Part shown: positions 1 through 13,439 of the stretch, piece after piece
Position numbering within the stretch: the stretch's first letter is position 1
Layout of the letters: each line of letters opens with the position of its first letter
Assembly: GCF_018350175.1 (NCBI RefSeq)
Contig: NC_058382.1
Coordinates: 61,940,001-61,988,844 of the forward strand
Direction of reading: 5' to 3'
From: Felis catus
Lineage: Eukaryota
DNA length: 48,844 nt
The notes under the pieces: model-generated
What the model was told of the DNA's origin: nothing
Database searches by the model: none
What the model saw: only the letters and a program-made list of their open reading frames with translations
Translations under genes and position numbers: made by a program

Positions 1-83
1 ATCCCAACCCTTTAAATCTAACCATCTAATCTAACCCTAACCCTAACCCCGAAACCGCTAACCCTAACCCCTAACCCTAACCC
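1..83 (+). repeat. Degenerate telomere-like (CCCTAA)n tract, probably truncated by the window edge
   Basis: Runs of ccctaa/cctaac/tctaac such as 'aaccctaaccctaacccc'. The C-rich strand is +. Confidence 0.85.
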
Positions 84-2619
84 CATGGACAGTCCTTCAT
101 CACCAGTCATGGGTATGAACCACCCCCCCATCCTCCACCTCCTCTATTTGGGTAGATAAACTGAAGTGGTTAGGGATTTCTAAAGCATATTCATCTACTT
201 CGTGAAACACTTTGTGGGAAAAATGTAGAGATGGTTGTTAGGGCTTGGCAATTCAACTGCAAAACTGCCTGAGGACTTTGTAACATATCTCAAGTTTCTC
301 AGGACATATGTTCAATGGACTGTATCATTTTCCCGTAATGAGGTCAGCTTTAGGTTTCTCCTGTCAACAAGAAAGAGGATTTTTACACAAAGACAGATGT
401 ATCGGGCGTACTGGTGCATATTTTACAGACACAATGTTTTGAGTTCTGTGAAAGATGAGATGCACCCCTAAGTGTAGGTGACTTAGGTGTCCTGTGTGAA
501 ATGGGGCACATGCATTATATGACATAGACCTTGTGGTCACCATGTTGAAAGCACCAGTGAAGGAGTGGGGGAAACTTGAATCACACAGGAATAGAAATTT
601 GAGAAATTAGAGGACAGTAAGCAGAGTTTGAGGAAGTGCAGAGGGGAGGGTCCTGGGTTCAGTGAGATGCAGTTGCAGCCCATTCCTGACCACAGCCTGA
701 GCAGGGAGCATGAGTTCCACACGGAGCTACTATGTGGGATCACTCTCAGTGCACAATGCAAGGTTCCTCTCCAAAATGTCATATTTGTCAAAGTGCACCC
801 AGGTGATCATCTAAAAAGGTTGTTGTCTCCCTGCGTTGTCTGAAGGTTCTGGATATTTATGGGTGAAAAAATGCCCTGGATATATAGGAAATTTAACTTG
901 GTCTTAAGGAAATGCTTGTCTGCATAAGTTCATATCCTTCAGTGAGACTAAAAGTGAAGACAGGATCTAGATCATCTGAGTGCCTGCATTGGCCTTTAGC
1001 CTGGGTAAACCTACAATTCAGGGATGCCCAGATGCCACCCCTGCTGGACCCCTGACATAACCTGACTACGGCTTTGCATCTATCTCCTTAAACTTCTCTC
1101 ACAATATCCCGAGGGTTTCCCTGTGTTCCTGCTATCTCAGCCAGAATACCAATTCTCAGTGGGACCTACACAGAGCCTGAGATGGGTTATCTGTGAAAGA
1201 GGGGTAATATTTGTTTCTAAGGACATAATGAAAAGAAGACATTGAATACAGAATGCATCTGCACAATGTCTGGGAAATATCCACTCACCCTTCTCACAGT
1301 TTCAATTAAGATATCGCCACACAAATGATCATCAAAAAAAGATGGTCACAGAAGTTCATTAAACTAAGACGGTTAACGCCTCTGCCCAGGGATTGGGGAT
1401 CGCCACTTTAAGGAAGACAATGGCACACTTATTGTATTAAGATTCAGGCCCTGCCAGACAAAGAAAGAAAAAGATAATTACGAGAATGTGTATATCAGAG
1501 TTCTACATCTGAGATCTGAAGACAATCATATTCCATTACATATAGACTCGCAGATGCATCCACACTAAAGTGTTCATCTGAGGCCACAGATTAAGTACCG
1601 AAGAGGGAATGCATGTAGGAAAACATAAGACCGTAGGGAAATAACCCCAAATCTCACTGCCTTATACGACAGCTATTTTGAAATTTGAAGAGGACTGTGT
1701 GAGGTGACAGAGTATGTTGATTATATATATCTTAAAAATGTGTCAGATTTGCCTGCATGCTTTCTCTGCTAACCCTGAGCTCTCCACTTTGTTTTTCTTA
1801 GTATCCCTTAATAGTACTTTCACTGTTCTGTCTCTGTTTCAGTGTTTGCTTCTAGGAAGACCTACTCTCACCCCCCATCGAATGTACACAGTGTGGTTCC
1901 TATACACACAGGTAACAAACTAGCAGAAGTTGCAGTGATGTAGGATAGTAGCAAGATCGCCTTTTTTGCAGAGGAGCCCGAGAGAGTTTTCTGGGGTGAT
2001 GGTAACTTCCTATATCTAGATGCATGGGGTGCCTGCGCTCATTTATTTTAGAAATATTCACTGACTCCTGGTGCTTGGGGTCAGATAGACAGGTACCTGA
2101 CCCTAGCATATGGCTGATTTGTAATGGTGGGTAAGGATCAGGGACCAGCAGTGACTGTGGGAGATGAGTGAGGAGGCCACACATGGAGTCAGATCCTCCC
2201 TCAGGATACCATGTCTCCACGGACAGCAACCTTGTGCAGGAGGTCTCTGAGGATCACATATTTCTTGATCAGTTTTGTGAAATGCATAATCCTACTCCAG
2301 ATTTCTCACTGAGGGATGGACAGGGCAGAGGCCAGCAGCTGGAGGACACCCTGATTATGGCTGGAGTGAAACTGTGGGCCTGGGATATTGAGTCAGAGAA
2401 AGGGAAAGGCAGAAGATAGTGGCAAGGATTTTGAGAGATAAAGGGAAGAGGAGAGAAGGCAATGTTTTCTACTGACTTCACCCACATTTCTGTGTGAACA
2501 AAAGGAGATTCTTGTCTCGCAGGGAAGGGAAGAGGGCAGGCAAAAGACAGGGTGACCTTCTCAGCTCAAGTGCTCAGGATATCTGCCTTGCTCTTGAATA
2601 CATATCATAGGAAGCCTGT

Positions 2620-3060
2620 GCATTCTGTCATAAGTGGAACTGCAGCTCATACCATTTAGTGAAAATTAAAGCGATGATGAAGACCTCATCATCAAAGTAT
2701 TGCAATGAGAGTATGTGAACATACAGAGAGATGCAATAGAAGCAAAAGTCCAAAGGTAAACCGACTGCAAAACTTATGGGAATATAGACTATTGGAAAAG
2801 GAGATACCCCAATGCCAGCTTTCAGACACCTGGGCAATATGTGAAAACGTGGGGGAAAAAAAGTAGTCCTTACTTCAAAAGCAACATTAGCATTAGACAC
2901 AAAGGGATCATGATGGAAGGTTTAGGGAGAAACCATATGATTTCATGGTGCTGTACCCATGGTCCTGTACCCTCAATCTCATCAAAGTATACCCTTTAAC
3001 TTGAGGTTTGTTAGATGTAATTATACCCCATTAAAGAGAGTTTCAAAACATAAAATAATA
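2620..3060 (+). mobile_element. Ancient L1M-type LINE-1 3' end remnant
   Basis: The end 'ctcatcaaagtataccctttaacttgaggtttgttagatgtaattataccccattaaag' resembles old L1MB/MC/ME 3' termini. Highly decayed. Confidence 0.45.
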
Positions 3061-5777
3061 GAAGCAAATGTGGGAAAGTTACTTTCCAATCCTGAAGTAC
3101 ATGTGTGATATGAGTCTGTCTTCTCATGTCTCAAAAATCCAAAATAATAAGACTTTTAAAAAATTAATAATAGCAAAGTAAGAGGACCCTGAGCTCACCC
3201 TGTCCCATGTTTTCAACTGCATAACATCCACATCCAAGTCCATGAACCAAAGAGCGATCCAAAGACTGGCAGAACAAACTCCACACCGAAGTAGAGAGAA
3301 GCTGCATCAGAAAGGTTAGGAATGTCAGAAAGGTGGAGGCTGTCTGCCTGCAGAAGGGGCAGAAAAAGTGAGCCCCACACCAGGGAGGTCATACAGGGAA
3401 GACTAATCTCCATAACATTGGGCATTAGAACTTAGAGGGGCTGAATGCCTTTGTGTTCATATACAGGAGCTTTGGAGGTCAAATGACCCAGCACTGGGAG
3501 ATCCAGGAGGATTAGTGATAGCCAGATCCCTGTGTGTGTAGAGAGGCAATGTAAACATGGCATGTTGCACAATGCTGAGGGAAGAGGAGACAGATGTATT
3601 CATGCTGATTCCGGAGTGTGTTGGAGGACTTCTCCAACAACGAGGGAGCTCACAGGCACCATTATTCTCCCCCAGTCTGCACCTCACCCAGCTGTACATA
3701 TCCATGCACCCTCATCTGTCTCACTAAGCCACATGTCCCCAGGCACAGACATGCTCTGTGCATATCCTCAAGCCCCTAGCTTCCACCGCTGGTCCACAGC
3801 CCCCAGCCAACAAAGAACATAGAGAAATCTGGCATAGGAATTGTAGCCCTGTGAAATTTTGCTAACACTCCTGCCCTGTGCCCAAGTTATCCAGCAGGCA
3901 TACCACCCCACAGCTGGCCTGCCTGGGTCCCACTAAAACCAATGAGACGAAGCACAGCCCACAACAGCATGCAATCAATGCAGACACCTGCACTAAAAGG
4001 AAAAGTAACCCAGACACAACAGCAGGCTGTGAACAGTACCCATACGATAGCCTCCTGAAGGTCCAGGTCCTATAAATGGAGACGTGCACTGTTGAGTTCT
4101 CCAGGACCTCTTCTTCATAACGTTATTAGTTTCAAGAGCAGAAGGTACAGCTGACTTTCTTAACACAGATAAACAGAGACAGAGAAAAAGACAAAATGGA
4201 CACACAGAGATGTTTTTCCACAATGAAAGACCTAGTGAAAGTCACAGCCAGAGATCTAAGCCAAAGAGATGTAGGTAACATACCTGATACAGATTTGAAA
4301 GCAATGATCATAAGGATACTCATTAGAGTTGTGAAATGAGTAGAAGAGTGAGACCCCTGACTAGAGATAAGAAATAGTACAGTAGACATTGAGGACACAG
4401 TAAAGGAGAGACACGCTTGCTGGAACTAACAAAGGGACGGAAGAAGCAGAGGAGCAAACCAGTGACCTCGAAGACTGAGTAATGGAAATGAATCACATTG
4501 AACCAAAGAGAGAGAACAGAATTCTGCAACGTGAGATGAGACTAAGGGAACTCAGTGACTGCAGCAGAGATAACAATATTGATATTGTAGGAGTCACAGA
4601 AGAAAGAGAAAAGGGGGCAGAAAATTTATTTGTGGAAACAATAGCTGAAAAATGCCCTAATTGGGGGAGGAAACAAACGTCCACATCCGGGAGGCTAGAG
4701 AATTCACATCGAAATGAACAAAATCAGGCCAACATCCAGACATATTGTAAGCAAACTTGCAAATTACAGTGACAATAAAGAAAAACTCTTAAATGCAGCA
4801 ACACAAAGAGACCTTCACTTAGAAGGGAAGACCCATAAGGCTAGCTACCAGATTTCTGAACAGATACTTGGCAAGCGAGAAGCAAGTGACATCACATATT
4901 CAAAGTGCTGAATGGAAAAATTAGCAGCCAAGAATACTCTATCCAACAAGTCTATCATTCAGAATGGAAGTAGACACAGACTTTCCCAAACAAAAACTAA
5001 AGGTGTTTGTACCACTAAACCAGTCCTGCAAGAAATATGAAGAGGGACTCTTTGAGTGGAAAGGAGAGACCAAAAGTGACACTATAGAGGTAAAAGACAC
5101 AAATCAAGTAAAACATGAATATTTTTGTAAAAAATAGTTAAGGAACTCACAGATATGGATTTGAAATATAATAACATCTACCAAAAACCTAGGGAGGAGA
5201 AAATAATGGGTTCCAAGGTAAATGACCATCAGCTTAATATAAACTGCTAAATGCAGAAGAGGTTATATACATAACCCAGCAGTAACCATATATCAGAATC
5301 CAGTCACAAATATGCTAAGAATAAAGATAAATAAATTAAAATACTTCACTAAAGAAAATAAGCAAAACATGAAAGACAGACAAGAAAGGATCGGAGAAAA
5401 TCATTAGAAACCACAAGAAAACAGGTAATATAATGGCAATACATACATACATACATACATAGCAATCATTTCTTTGAAGGTAAATGGAATGAACGCTCCA
5501 ATCTAGAGACATAGGGTGTAAGAACAGATGAAAAAAAAAACTAGAATAGCAATACTTGTATAGAAAAAATACACTTAAAACAAAGTACATAACAAGAGAC
5601 AGAGGAGGACGTTATATAACAGTCAAGGGTACAGTCCAAAAGGAGATATAACAACTATAAATATATCCCACAATTAAGTGGGATTTATTCCCAAGCTGCA
5701 AGGGTGGTTCAGTATTTGCAAATCAATCAATGTGATACAATATAACAACAGGAGAAAGGACAAGAACCATATGATCA

Positions 5778-5979
5778 GGGCACCTGGGTGCCTCAATCCT
5801 TTAGCAGTCCGACATCAGCTCAGGACATGACCCCATGCCTCGTGAGTTCAAGTCCCACATCGGACTCTGTGCTGAAAGCTCAGAGCCAAGAGCCTCCATC
5901 GAACTCTGTGTTTCCCACTCTCTTTCTGCCCCTTCCCTGCTCACACTGTCTCTCTCAAAATTAATAAACGTTAAAAGAA
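5778..5979 (+). mobile_element. CAN-SINE (tRNA-derived carnivore SINE) inserted in L1
   Basis: Head 'gggcacctgggtgcctcaatc', CT-rich tract and A-rich tail. 16-bp TSD aagaaccatatgatca (5762-5777) / aagaaccatacggtca (5980-5995). Confidence 0.93.
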
Positions 5980-6288
5980 AAGAACCATACGGTCATTTCA
6001 ATACATGAAGAAAAAGCACTTGACATACTACAACATCCATTCATGATTAAAACCCCCCAAAGTAGGTTTACAGGGAACATACATCAATGCAATAAATGTT
6101 TTCTATGAAAACCCTGCAGCTATAATCAACCTTAATGGAGAAAATCTGAGAGCTTTTCCTATAAGGTCAGGGAAAACACAAGGATGTTTACTCTTACCAC
6201 TTTTAATAAACATAGCATTGGAAGTCCAAGGTACAGCCGGCAGATAAACAAAACGAAACGAAACAAAACAACATAAAGTAAATTAAAG

Positions 6289-6379
6289 TAAAAGAAAAGA
6301 AAAGAAAAGAAAAAAAAAGAAAAGAAAAGAAAAGAAAAGAAAAGAAAAGAAAAGAAAAGAAAAGAAAAGAAAAGAAAAA
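6289..6379 (+). repeat. (AAAAG)n microsatellite
   Basis: Directly visible pentanucleotide run, preceded by AAAAC/AAAGT variants. Confidence 0.95.
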
Positions 6380-6834
6380 ACTAATCCAAATCTGGAAGTA
6401 GTGAATCTTTCACACTTTGCAGATTACATGACACTATATATAGAAAACCCTAAAGAGTCCACCCAATAACTGCTAGAAGTGATAAATGAATACAGCAATG
6501 TCACCGGATACAAAATCATTGTACAGAAATCTGTTGCATTTCTAGACAATAACGAAGCAGTAGAGAGAGAAATTAAGAAAACAGTCCCAGCTGGTGAGCG
6601 ACCTATACTCTGAAAATTATAAAACAGTGATGAAAGAAATACAAGATGACACAAAAAAATGGAAGGATATTCCATACTCATGGATCGGAAGTACAAATTT
6701 CATGGAAATGTCTATACTTCCCACAGCAACTGACACAACTAATGCCATCGCCATCAAAATAGCAACAACATTTTTCATAGAACTAGAACGGTCCTAAAAT
6801 TTGTACAGAACCACAAAAGACCCAAATCTTCAGA

Positions 6835-7300
6835 GTAAACAACCTTTATGTGAAGTGATAATTATGGATGGAACTATGCCTCTGGATCTTCTGCTCCAAA
6901 ACACAGTAGTCAGCCTAAGCATTTGAACAAACATTAGACATATCCCAACCAAGGATCATTCTACAAAATGCATTCTACAAACGTACCCTCAAAACTTTGC
7001 AGATTATGAAAAATAAGGAAAAATCTAAAAATCGCCATGGCCAAGTGAAGCCGAAGGAGACAGGATGACTGTAATGTGCCAGCTGGGATGAGTCTGGGAC
7101 AGAAGAGGTTAAAACTGAAGCAATCTGAATACAAATACAAAGTTAGTTAATAGTACCATATCTCTTTGGGATATTGATTGTGATCATGTATCAACTTAGA
7201 GGACATCAATAGTCAGAAAACACTCTGATGTATGTGGAGACTCAATAATATCTTCCCAATTTTTCTGGTAACTAGAAACCCACCACGATTGAAAAGATTA
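6835..7300 (+). mobile_element. Ancient L1MC-like LINE-1 3' end
   Basis: 'gaaggagacaggatgactgtaatgtg...aaaactgaagcaatctgaatac...agttagttaatagtacc...tcttcccaatttttctgg' follows the recalled L1MC3/4 3' end layout. Confidence 0.65.
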
Positions 7301-8300
7301 TTAGTAATCATGGTTTTATGTTTTCAACACCTAATATTATATGACTAGTTCTAGTATTAGTTACTAGTGATGGCCATGTACCTATTCTTGTTGTTCTTAC
7401 TATTGTGTAATTTAAATAATAACATTCATGGTACAGAAAACTCAATGCATGATATACACTTCATAGAAACATCCACTTTACATATTTTAAGGTAATAACA
7501 TATGTAGACACCACTGTATTATGTGGTATGTAAATTAAGTGTTTTTCGGATCTGGAATGAACATGTCATTAAATGGCTTTCCATAAAGGCGGTTATCCTA
7601 GATAATGAATGATACTCAGATTTTACAGGATGTACTTCACATCATGCCTGAACAGTGTCCAAAAAAGAAAACATACGTACACACGGCCAGATGGATCATT
7701 GTGACTGGCTCACTTATTGTAAAGAATCCTTGCTTCAATATTTTCACGCATATTTTTTTAGCAGGAATACAAGAGACTGAAATATTTTCAAATCGAAGAG
7801 ATGTTCAAAGCCTGGAAGAATGATAGGGTGTTCAAGGGGTTTCAGAAGGAAAAGATGTGACCATGAAGTGGCAGTCACAGGCAAGCAGGTTTCTCTCATC
7901 CACTTTGACAGGTTTTCATGAGGGGTTGTCCATCACAGCATGTGATCTGCAAAAGGGTAAGACCCAGAAGTACCAGAGGGAAAGACACGCTTTAGGAAGA
8001 GGTGACTTGGAAAGGGTGCTTCTGTGCCTAAGTAATGGCTCAGAAACCTGGCTGGGTGTCCCTCGGTCAAGATTTCAGGAGGCCAGCAGTAACCTAGACT
8101 CACAAAGATCTTAGTAACATACATCAATATAATTTAGAGTCACAAAAATCTTAGAGCCACAGAGTTGATCTCCATCTATGATTAGGAGATGGTCACAGAT
8201 TTACAGGATATGATAATTGGGCCAGCAGTAGATGGCTAAAATATTACTTAGGGTTATGTTTTTAATAAAAAAATTGATGTGAAAAAATATGGGTTTGGAA

Positions 8301-8490
8301 TGTAAAGAAAACTCACGGGACCATCATGGAGTTCCTTACGTTAAGGCCTCATGTCACTAACCCTAAATTCATTCCTGTAGGAATGTAACCTTTAACCAGT
8401 CAGCAATGAAATTCCTAGTCATTGCTGGAAATTTAACTGATAGACCCCTGCCATTCCCTCAAGGAGGAAATCTCGCCTAAATAAGGTATT
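8301..8490 (+). mobile_element. 5' fragment of a carnivore ERV LTR (CarLTR-like)
   Basis: Starts TGTAAAGAAA. 'atggagttccttacgttaaggcc...ggaatgtaacctttaaccagtca' resembles recalled carnivore ERV1-type LTR starts. Family not verified. Confidence 0.55.
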
Positions 8491-8503
8491 CCATGCCACT
8501 AAA

Positions 8504-8660
8504 TTTGTTTTAAGTTTATTTATTTTGAGAGAGAGACAGAGAAAGAGAGCACATGCAAGGGAGGGGCAGGAATAGAGGGAGAGAGAGAAGCCCATGACCA
8601 CGAGGTCATGATCTGAGCCAGGATCAAGACTCGGACACTTAACCAAGCGATCCAGACCCC
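8504..8660 (-). mobile_element. CAN-SINE, internally deleted (copy A)
   Basis: T-rich tail, then an AG-rich tract, then 'tcggacacttaacc', the reverse of the SINE head. Confidence 0.85.
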
Positions 8661-9480
8661 GAGAATGTGGAGTTTCAAAGGTTAGCAGGCTTGGCTGGGA
8701 TACAGCCCTGAGGGCACTGGCCTAATCCTTGAGAGAAGGCAGCAAACTACTTACAGGCAGATGGCATGGAAACAGTGACCTGTACACCGCCTGGTGCAAA
8801 CAGTGGGGCAATTATACACTCATCATGGAGAGCATCCCTGAGAGGCAGTGTTCACAACAAGGGGACAAAGGAGGTAGGACAGAGGAGGTGTATGGGACCA
8901 TTTTCCTCCTCTTCCCCACAGCATAAACACAGAGCCATCTGCTGGAAACAATGTCATCCCCACACTGGCTGCCTAAGATGCTTACACCAACCCCACATTC
9001 CTGTGCTCTGGTGAGACTGGCCTTCTAGGTCAATCAGGCTTGCCTAAGTCCCAATGGAGGTTTCCCCTTCCCCAGAAGACCAGCGGAAGCTCATGACCAC
9101 ACCACCTCTCTTGACCAGACAGTTCTGCAGAGCTTCACTTCGAGTGGCAGTCATTTCAAGTCTCATTTAAGAAGCAGATCGGAGCTTACCTAGATAAAAC
9201 TCAGCACATTCTGGCCAAGGACCATACATTGTCCATACAACTGGCCTGAAGGATAGTGCAGCCAGAACACAAAACAGTGTACGCAACACACACCACACAT
9301 ACTCCCTGATGTGTCAGGCCCTGGACACTAGATGACCTCCTTTTCATAAAGCCATTCATCTCACAGGCAGCCAACATAATGAGCGTTTGTAACACAGAGA
9401 AGGCAAAAACTCAGCCAAAATGCCAAGACAAGAGGAATGCATCCCAAATGAAAGAACAAGATAAGGTCATGGCCAGAGAC
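8661..9480 (+). mobile_element. LINE-1 5'UTR and first codons of ORF1 (copy A)
   Basis: Ends with an ORF1 N-terminal-like 'RNASQMKEQDKVMARD'. The upstream sequence resembles carnivore L1 5'UTR. Confidence 0.7.
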
Positions 9481-10328
9481 ATGGAAGGAACACTTCCAAA
9501 CTCATTCTATGAGGCCAGCTTGGCCTTGAGTCCAAACTGGACAAAGATCCCACCAAAAAGGAAACTACAGACCAATTTCCCTGATGAACCTGGATGCAAA
9601 AATTCTCAACAAAAAGTAGCGAACCGGATCCAAGAATACATACAAATAATTATTCACCACAATGAATTGGATTTATTCCTGGGATGCACCACCAATTCAA
9701 TATCTGCAAATCAACTGATGTGATACATCACATTGATAAAAGAAAGGATAACAAACATATGATCCTCTCAATAGATGCAGAAAGAGCATTTGACACAATG
9801 CAGCATCCTTTCTTGATGAAAAAAAAAGCACTCAAAAGGAAGGATAGAGAGGTCTTGTCTGAATATCAGTATGTCCAGATACGAAAGTCCCACAACTAAT
9901 ATCATCTTCAATGAGAAAAACTGAGAGCTTTCCCCCTAAGGTCAGGAACACGACTGGGATGTCCACTCTCACCACCGTTATTCCACAAACTGTTGGAACT
10001 CCTAACCTCAGCAAGCAGACAACAAAAGGAAATACAAGGCGTCCAAATTGGCAAGGAGGGTCAAACTTTCCCTCTTCGCAGACGTGATACTTTCCAAGGA
10101 AATCCAAAAGACTCCATGGAAAAACCGTTAGGACTGATACTGGAATTCAGGAAAGTCTCAGGATATAAAATCAATATACAGAAGTTGACTGCTTTTCTAT
10201 ACACCAATAATGAGACAGCAGAGAGAAATCAAGGATTGATGTACTTTACAACTGCACTGAAAACCATCAAATACCCAGGGGTAAACAAAACCAAAGAGGT
10301 AAAAGATCAGTACACTTAAAACAATAGA

Positions 10329-10556
10329 GGGGCGACTGGGTGGCTCAGTCGGTTAGTGCCGACTTCGGTTCAGGACATGATCCCGCATTTGTGGGTCTGA
10401 GTCCCGTGATGGGCACTGTGCTCACAGCTCGGAGCCTGGAGCCTGCTTCAGAGTCTGTGTCTCCCTCTCTTTCTCTTTCTGCCCCTCCCCTGCTCATGTA
10501 CTCTCTCTTTCTCTCTCTCTCTCTCTCAAAAATGAACAAAGATAAAAAAAATAAAG
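10329..10556 (+). mobile_element. CAN-SINE, feliform type (copy A)
   Basis: 'ggggcgactgggtggctcagtcggtta...ggagcctggagcctgcttcagagtctgtgtctccctctc' followed by an A tail. Confidence 0.93.
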
Positions 10557-11067
10557 GAACAAACCATACAACATCTATGAAAGAAATGGAAGAAACACAA
10601 AGAAACGGAAAAACCTTCCATGCTCATGGATGAGAAGAACAAATATTATTAAAATGTCAATACTACCCAAAGCAATCGACACATTCAATGCAATCCCTAT
10701 CAAAATAACACCAGCATTCCTCACAGAACTAGAACAAACAACCCTAAAATTTGTAGGGAGCCAGAAAAGACCCCAAATCGCCAAAGTCATGTTGAAAAAG
10801 AAAACAAAGCTGGAGACATTAAAATCTGGACTTTATGGTGTATTAGAAAACCGCAATCATCAAGACAGTATGGCACGGGCACAAAAACGGACACAGACAT
10901 CAATGGAACAGAATGGGGAACCCATAAATGGACCCTCAAACATATGGCCGAGTAATCTTTGATAACACTGGAAAGAATATCCAATGGAAAAACAAAAGTC
11001 TCTTCAGCAAATGGTACTGGGAAAACTGGACAGTGAGAAGATTGGACCTGGACTATGTTCTTAAACC

Positions 11068-11076
11068 ACACACACA

Positions 11077-11128
<52 letters not shown>
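11068..11128 (+). repeat. (CA)n microsatellite (copy A; the shorter paralog is at ~33460-33496)
   Basis: Directly visible. Length differs between the two duplicated copies. Confidence 0.95.
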
Positions 11129-11129
<1 letters not shown>

Positions 11130-12780
11130 CTCAAAATGGATGAAAGATATAAATGTAAGAAAGGGACCATCAAAATCCTAGAGGAGAAAACAGACAATCT
11201 ACCTCCTTGATCCTGGCCACAACAACTTCTTGCTTGTCATGTCTCCAAAGCAAGGGCAATAAAAACAAAAATGAACTATTGGGACCTCAAGATAAAAAGC
11301 ATCTGCACAGAAGAGGACATAGTCAGCAAAACTGAAAGGCCACTGAATGAAATGGGAGAAGATATTTGCAGGTGACATATCAGATAAAGGGTTAGTATCC
11401 AAAATCTGTAAAAAATTATCACACTCAACACCCAAAAACCAAATAATCCGGTGAAGAAATGGGCAAAAGACGTGAACAGACACTTTAAGAAAGATGACAT
11501 CCAGATTGGTCACACATGAAAAGATACTCAATCTCACTTGTCATCACTGAAATACAAATCGAAACCACAATGAGATATCCCCTCACACCTATCAGAATGG
11601 CTAAAATTAACATCTCCGAAAAAGACAGATGTTGGCAAGGATGCAGAGAAAGGGAACGCTTTTGAAATGCTGGTGGGAATGCAAAGTGATGTAGACACTC
11701 TGGAAATAGTATGGAGATTTGTCAGAAAAACTAAAAATAGAACTACACTAGGCCCCAGCAATTGCACTACTACGTATTTATCCAAAGGATACACTAACGC
11801 TTAGTCCAAGTGGAACATGCACTGCATTGTTTATAGCAACATGATCAACAATAACTAAATTATGCAAAGAGCCCAAATGACCATTGACAGATGAATGGAT
11901 AAAGAAGATGTGGTATATTCATACAATGGAATATTACTCCGCGGTAAAAAAGAATTAAATCTTGCTATTTGAAACAACATGGATGGAACCAGACTTGATT
12001 ATGCTAAGCAAAATATGTTAGAGAAAGACACACATCATATGATTTCTCTCATCTGTGGAATTTAATACAACTGATGAACGTAGTGAAAGGAAAGCAAAAA
12101 AAAAGAAGATAAAAACAGAGAGGAAGTCAAACGATAAGAGACTCTGAAATACAGAGAAGAAACTCAGGGTTCCAGGAAGGTTACTGAATAGGGGTATGGG
12201 CTAAATGGGTGATGGGCATTACGGGCGCACTTGGGATGAGTATTGGGTATATTTTGTACTTGATGGATCTCTAAATTCTACTGCTGAAACTGTATTCCAC
12301 TATAAAGTAACTAACGTGGGCTTAAATTTAAAAAAAGAAATATTAAAAAGAAGTAAAGAAATGTACTACCAGTCAAAAGAAAAGAATATTTCAATCGGGT
12401 TCTTTGAGTGGAAATCTAGGACTAAAAGTGTTACAGACAAGAAAGGATCAGAGAAAACATCAAGAAACAATGGCAAAACAACTAGTAGAATGGCACTCAA
12501 TATATACCTATTAATAATCACTCTAAATGTACATGGACTAAATGCTCCAATCATAAGACATTGGATAGGGAGTCAGAATGGACAAAACAAACAAACAAAC
12601 AAACAAACAAACAAAAACAACACCTATCTAGATGCTGCCTACAAAGCTTTATTTGGACTTAAGTCACCTTCAGATTTAAAGTGAGAGAATGAAGAAACAT
12701 TTATTATGCCAATAATGTCAAAAGAAAGCCAGTAGCAATACTTATATCAGGCAAAATAACCTTTAAAACTGAGACTCTAT

Positions 12781-13395
12781 TTTGGCACACTTTGGGTAAA
12801 TACCTAATAGTGACATTTCATGAAGCCAGTATTTATAGCAGCATTATCAACAGTAGCCAAATTATAGAGAAAGCCCAAGTATCCATCAACTGATGAAGGT
12901 ATACAGAAGTTGTCGTGTGTGTGTGTATGTATGTATACGCATATATACATATGTACATATGTATACGTTCATATATACAAACATGTGTATATACAAAGAA
13001 ATATAACTCAACTTCAAGAAGAATGAAATCTTGCCATTTGCAATGATGTGGATGGAGCTAGCATGTATTATGCTAAGTGAAATATGTCAATCAGAGAAAG
13101 ACAAATATATGATTTCACTCATGTGGAATTGAAGAAACAAAACAGATGAAAACACGGAAAGGGGGCAGGAAACGAGAAGAGTGGTAACAAACTACATGAC
13201 TCTCTTAATGTTAGAGAAAAAAAAAAACGAAGATTGATGGAGGGAAATAGGTCAGTGCTGGGCTAGATGTGGGATGAGTATTAAGGAGAGCACTTGTTGT
13301 GATGAGCACTGGGTATTGTATGTAAGGGATGAATCACCAAATTCTGCTCCCAAATACGAGAATGCACTGTATGTCAACTATGACTTAAATTAAAA

Positions 13396-13438
<43 letters not shown>

Positions 13439-13439
13439 A
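12781..13439 (+). mobile_element. Short L1 3' fragment with a 5' inversion, nested in the host L1 endonuclease region (copy A)
   Basis: 12781-12812 is L1 sequence in antisense, followed by sense 3'UTR and a (TAAA)n tail. Host ORF2 resumes at 'ctataacaagagatgaag'. Confidence 0.8.

Larger units (their letters stand above)
3170..6830 (+). mobile_element. Carnivore LINE-1 (L1_Carn-like): 5'UTR, decayed ORF1 and internally deleted, 3'-truncated ORF2
   Basis: 5'UTR start 'gaggaccctgagctcacc...aagactggcagaaca'. ORF1 remnant 'EEREKGAENLFVETIAEKCPN' (ORF 4482-4772). ORF2 remnant '[30 protein letters not shown]' (6594-6797). Endonuclease sequence jumps to RT sequence near 5670. Many stops and frameshifts. 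Confidence 0.9.
9481..12340 (+). mobile_element. 5'-truncated carnivore/feline LINE-1, ORF2 RT region to 3' end (copy A)
   Basis: 'EGTLPNSFYEAS', '[13 protein letters not shown]' and '[21 protein letters not shown]' are L1 ORF2 motifs. L1 3'UTR and A-tail near 12330. Frameshifted. Confidence 0.92.

Noticed and set aside
1..83. True chromosome end
   Set aside because: The tract is short and degenerate with no long perfect (CCCTAA)n run, and similar degenerate tracts occur internally in this window.
250..2300. Possible minus-strand pseudo-exons (acceptor-like sites near 361, 446 and 1191; peptide 'KLIKKYVILRDLLHKVAVRGDM' near 2210-2275)
   Set aside because: The frames contain stops and I recognise no protein family. 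A tBLASTx search would be needed to decide.
5778..5860. tRNA genes at SINE heads
   Set aside because: The A/B-box-like sequence belongs to tRNA-derived CAN-SINEs, followed by CT tracts, A tails and TSDs.
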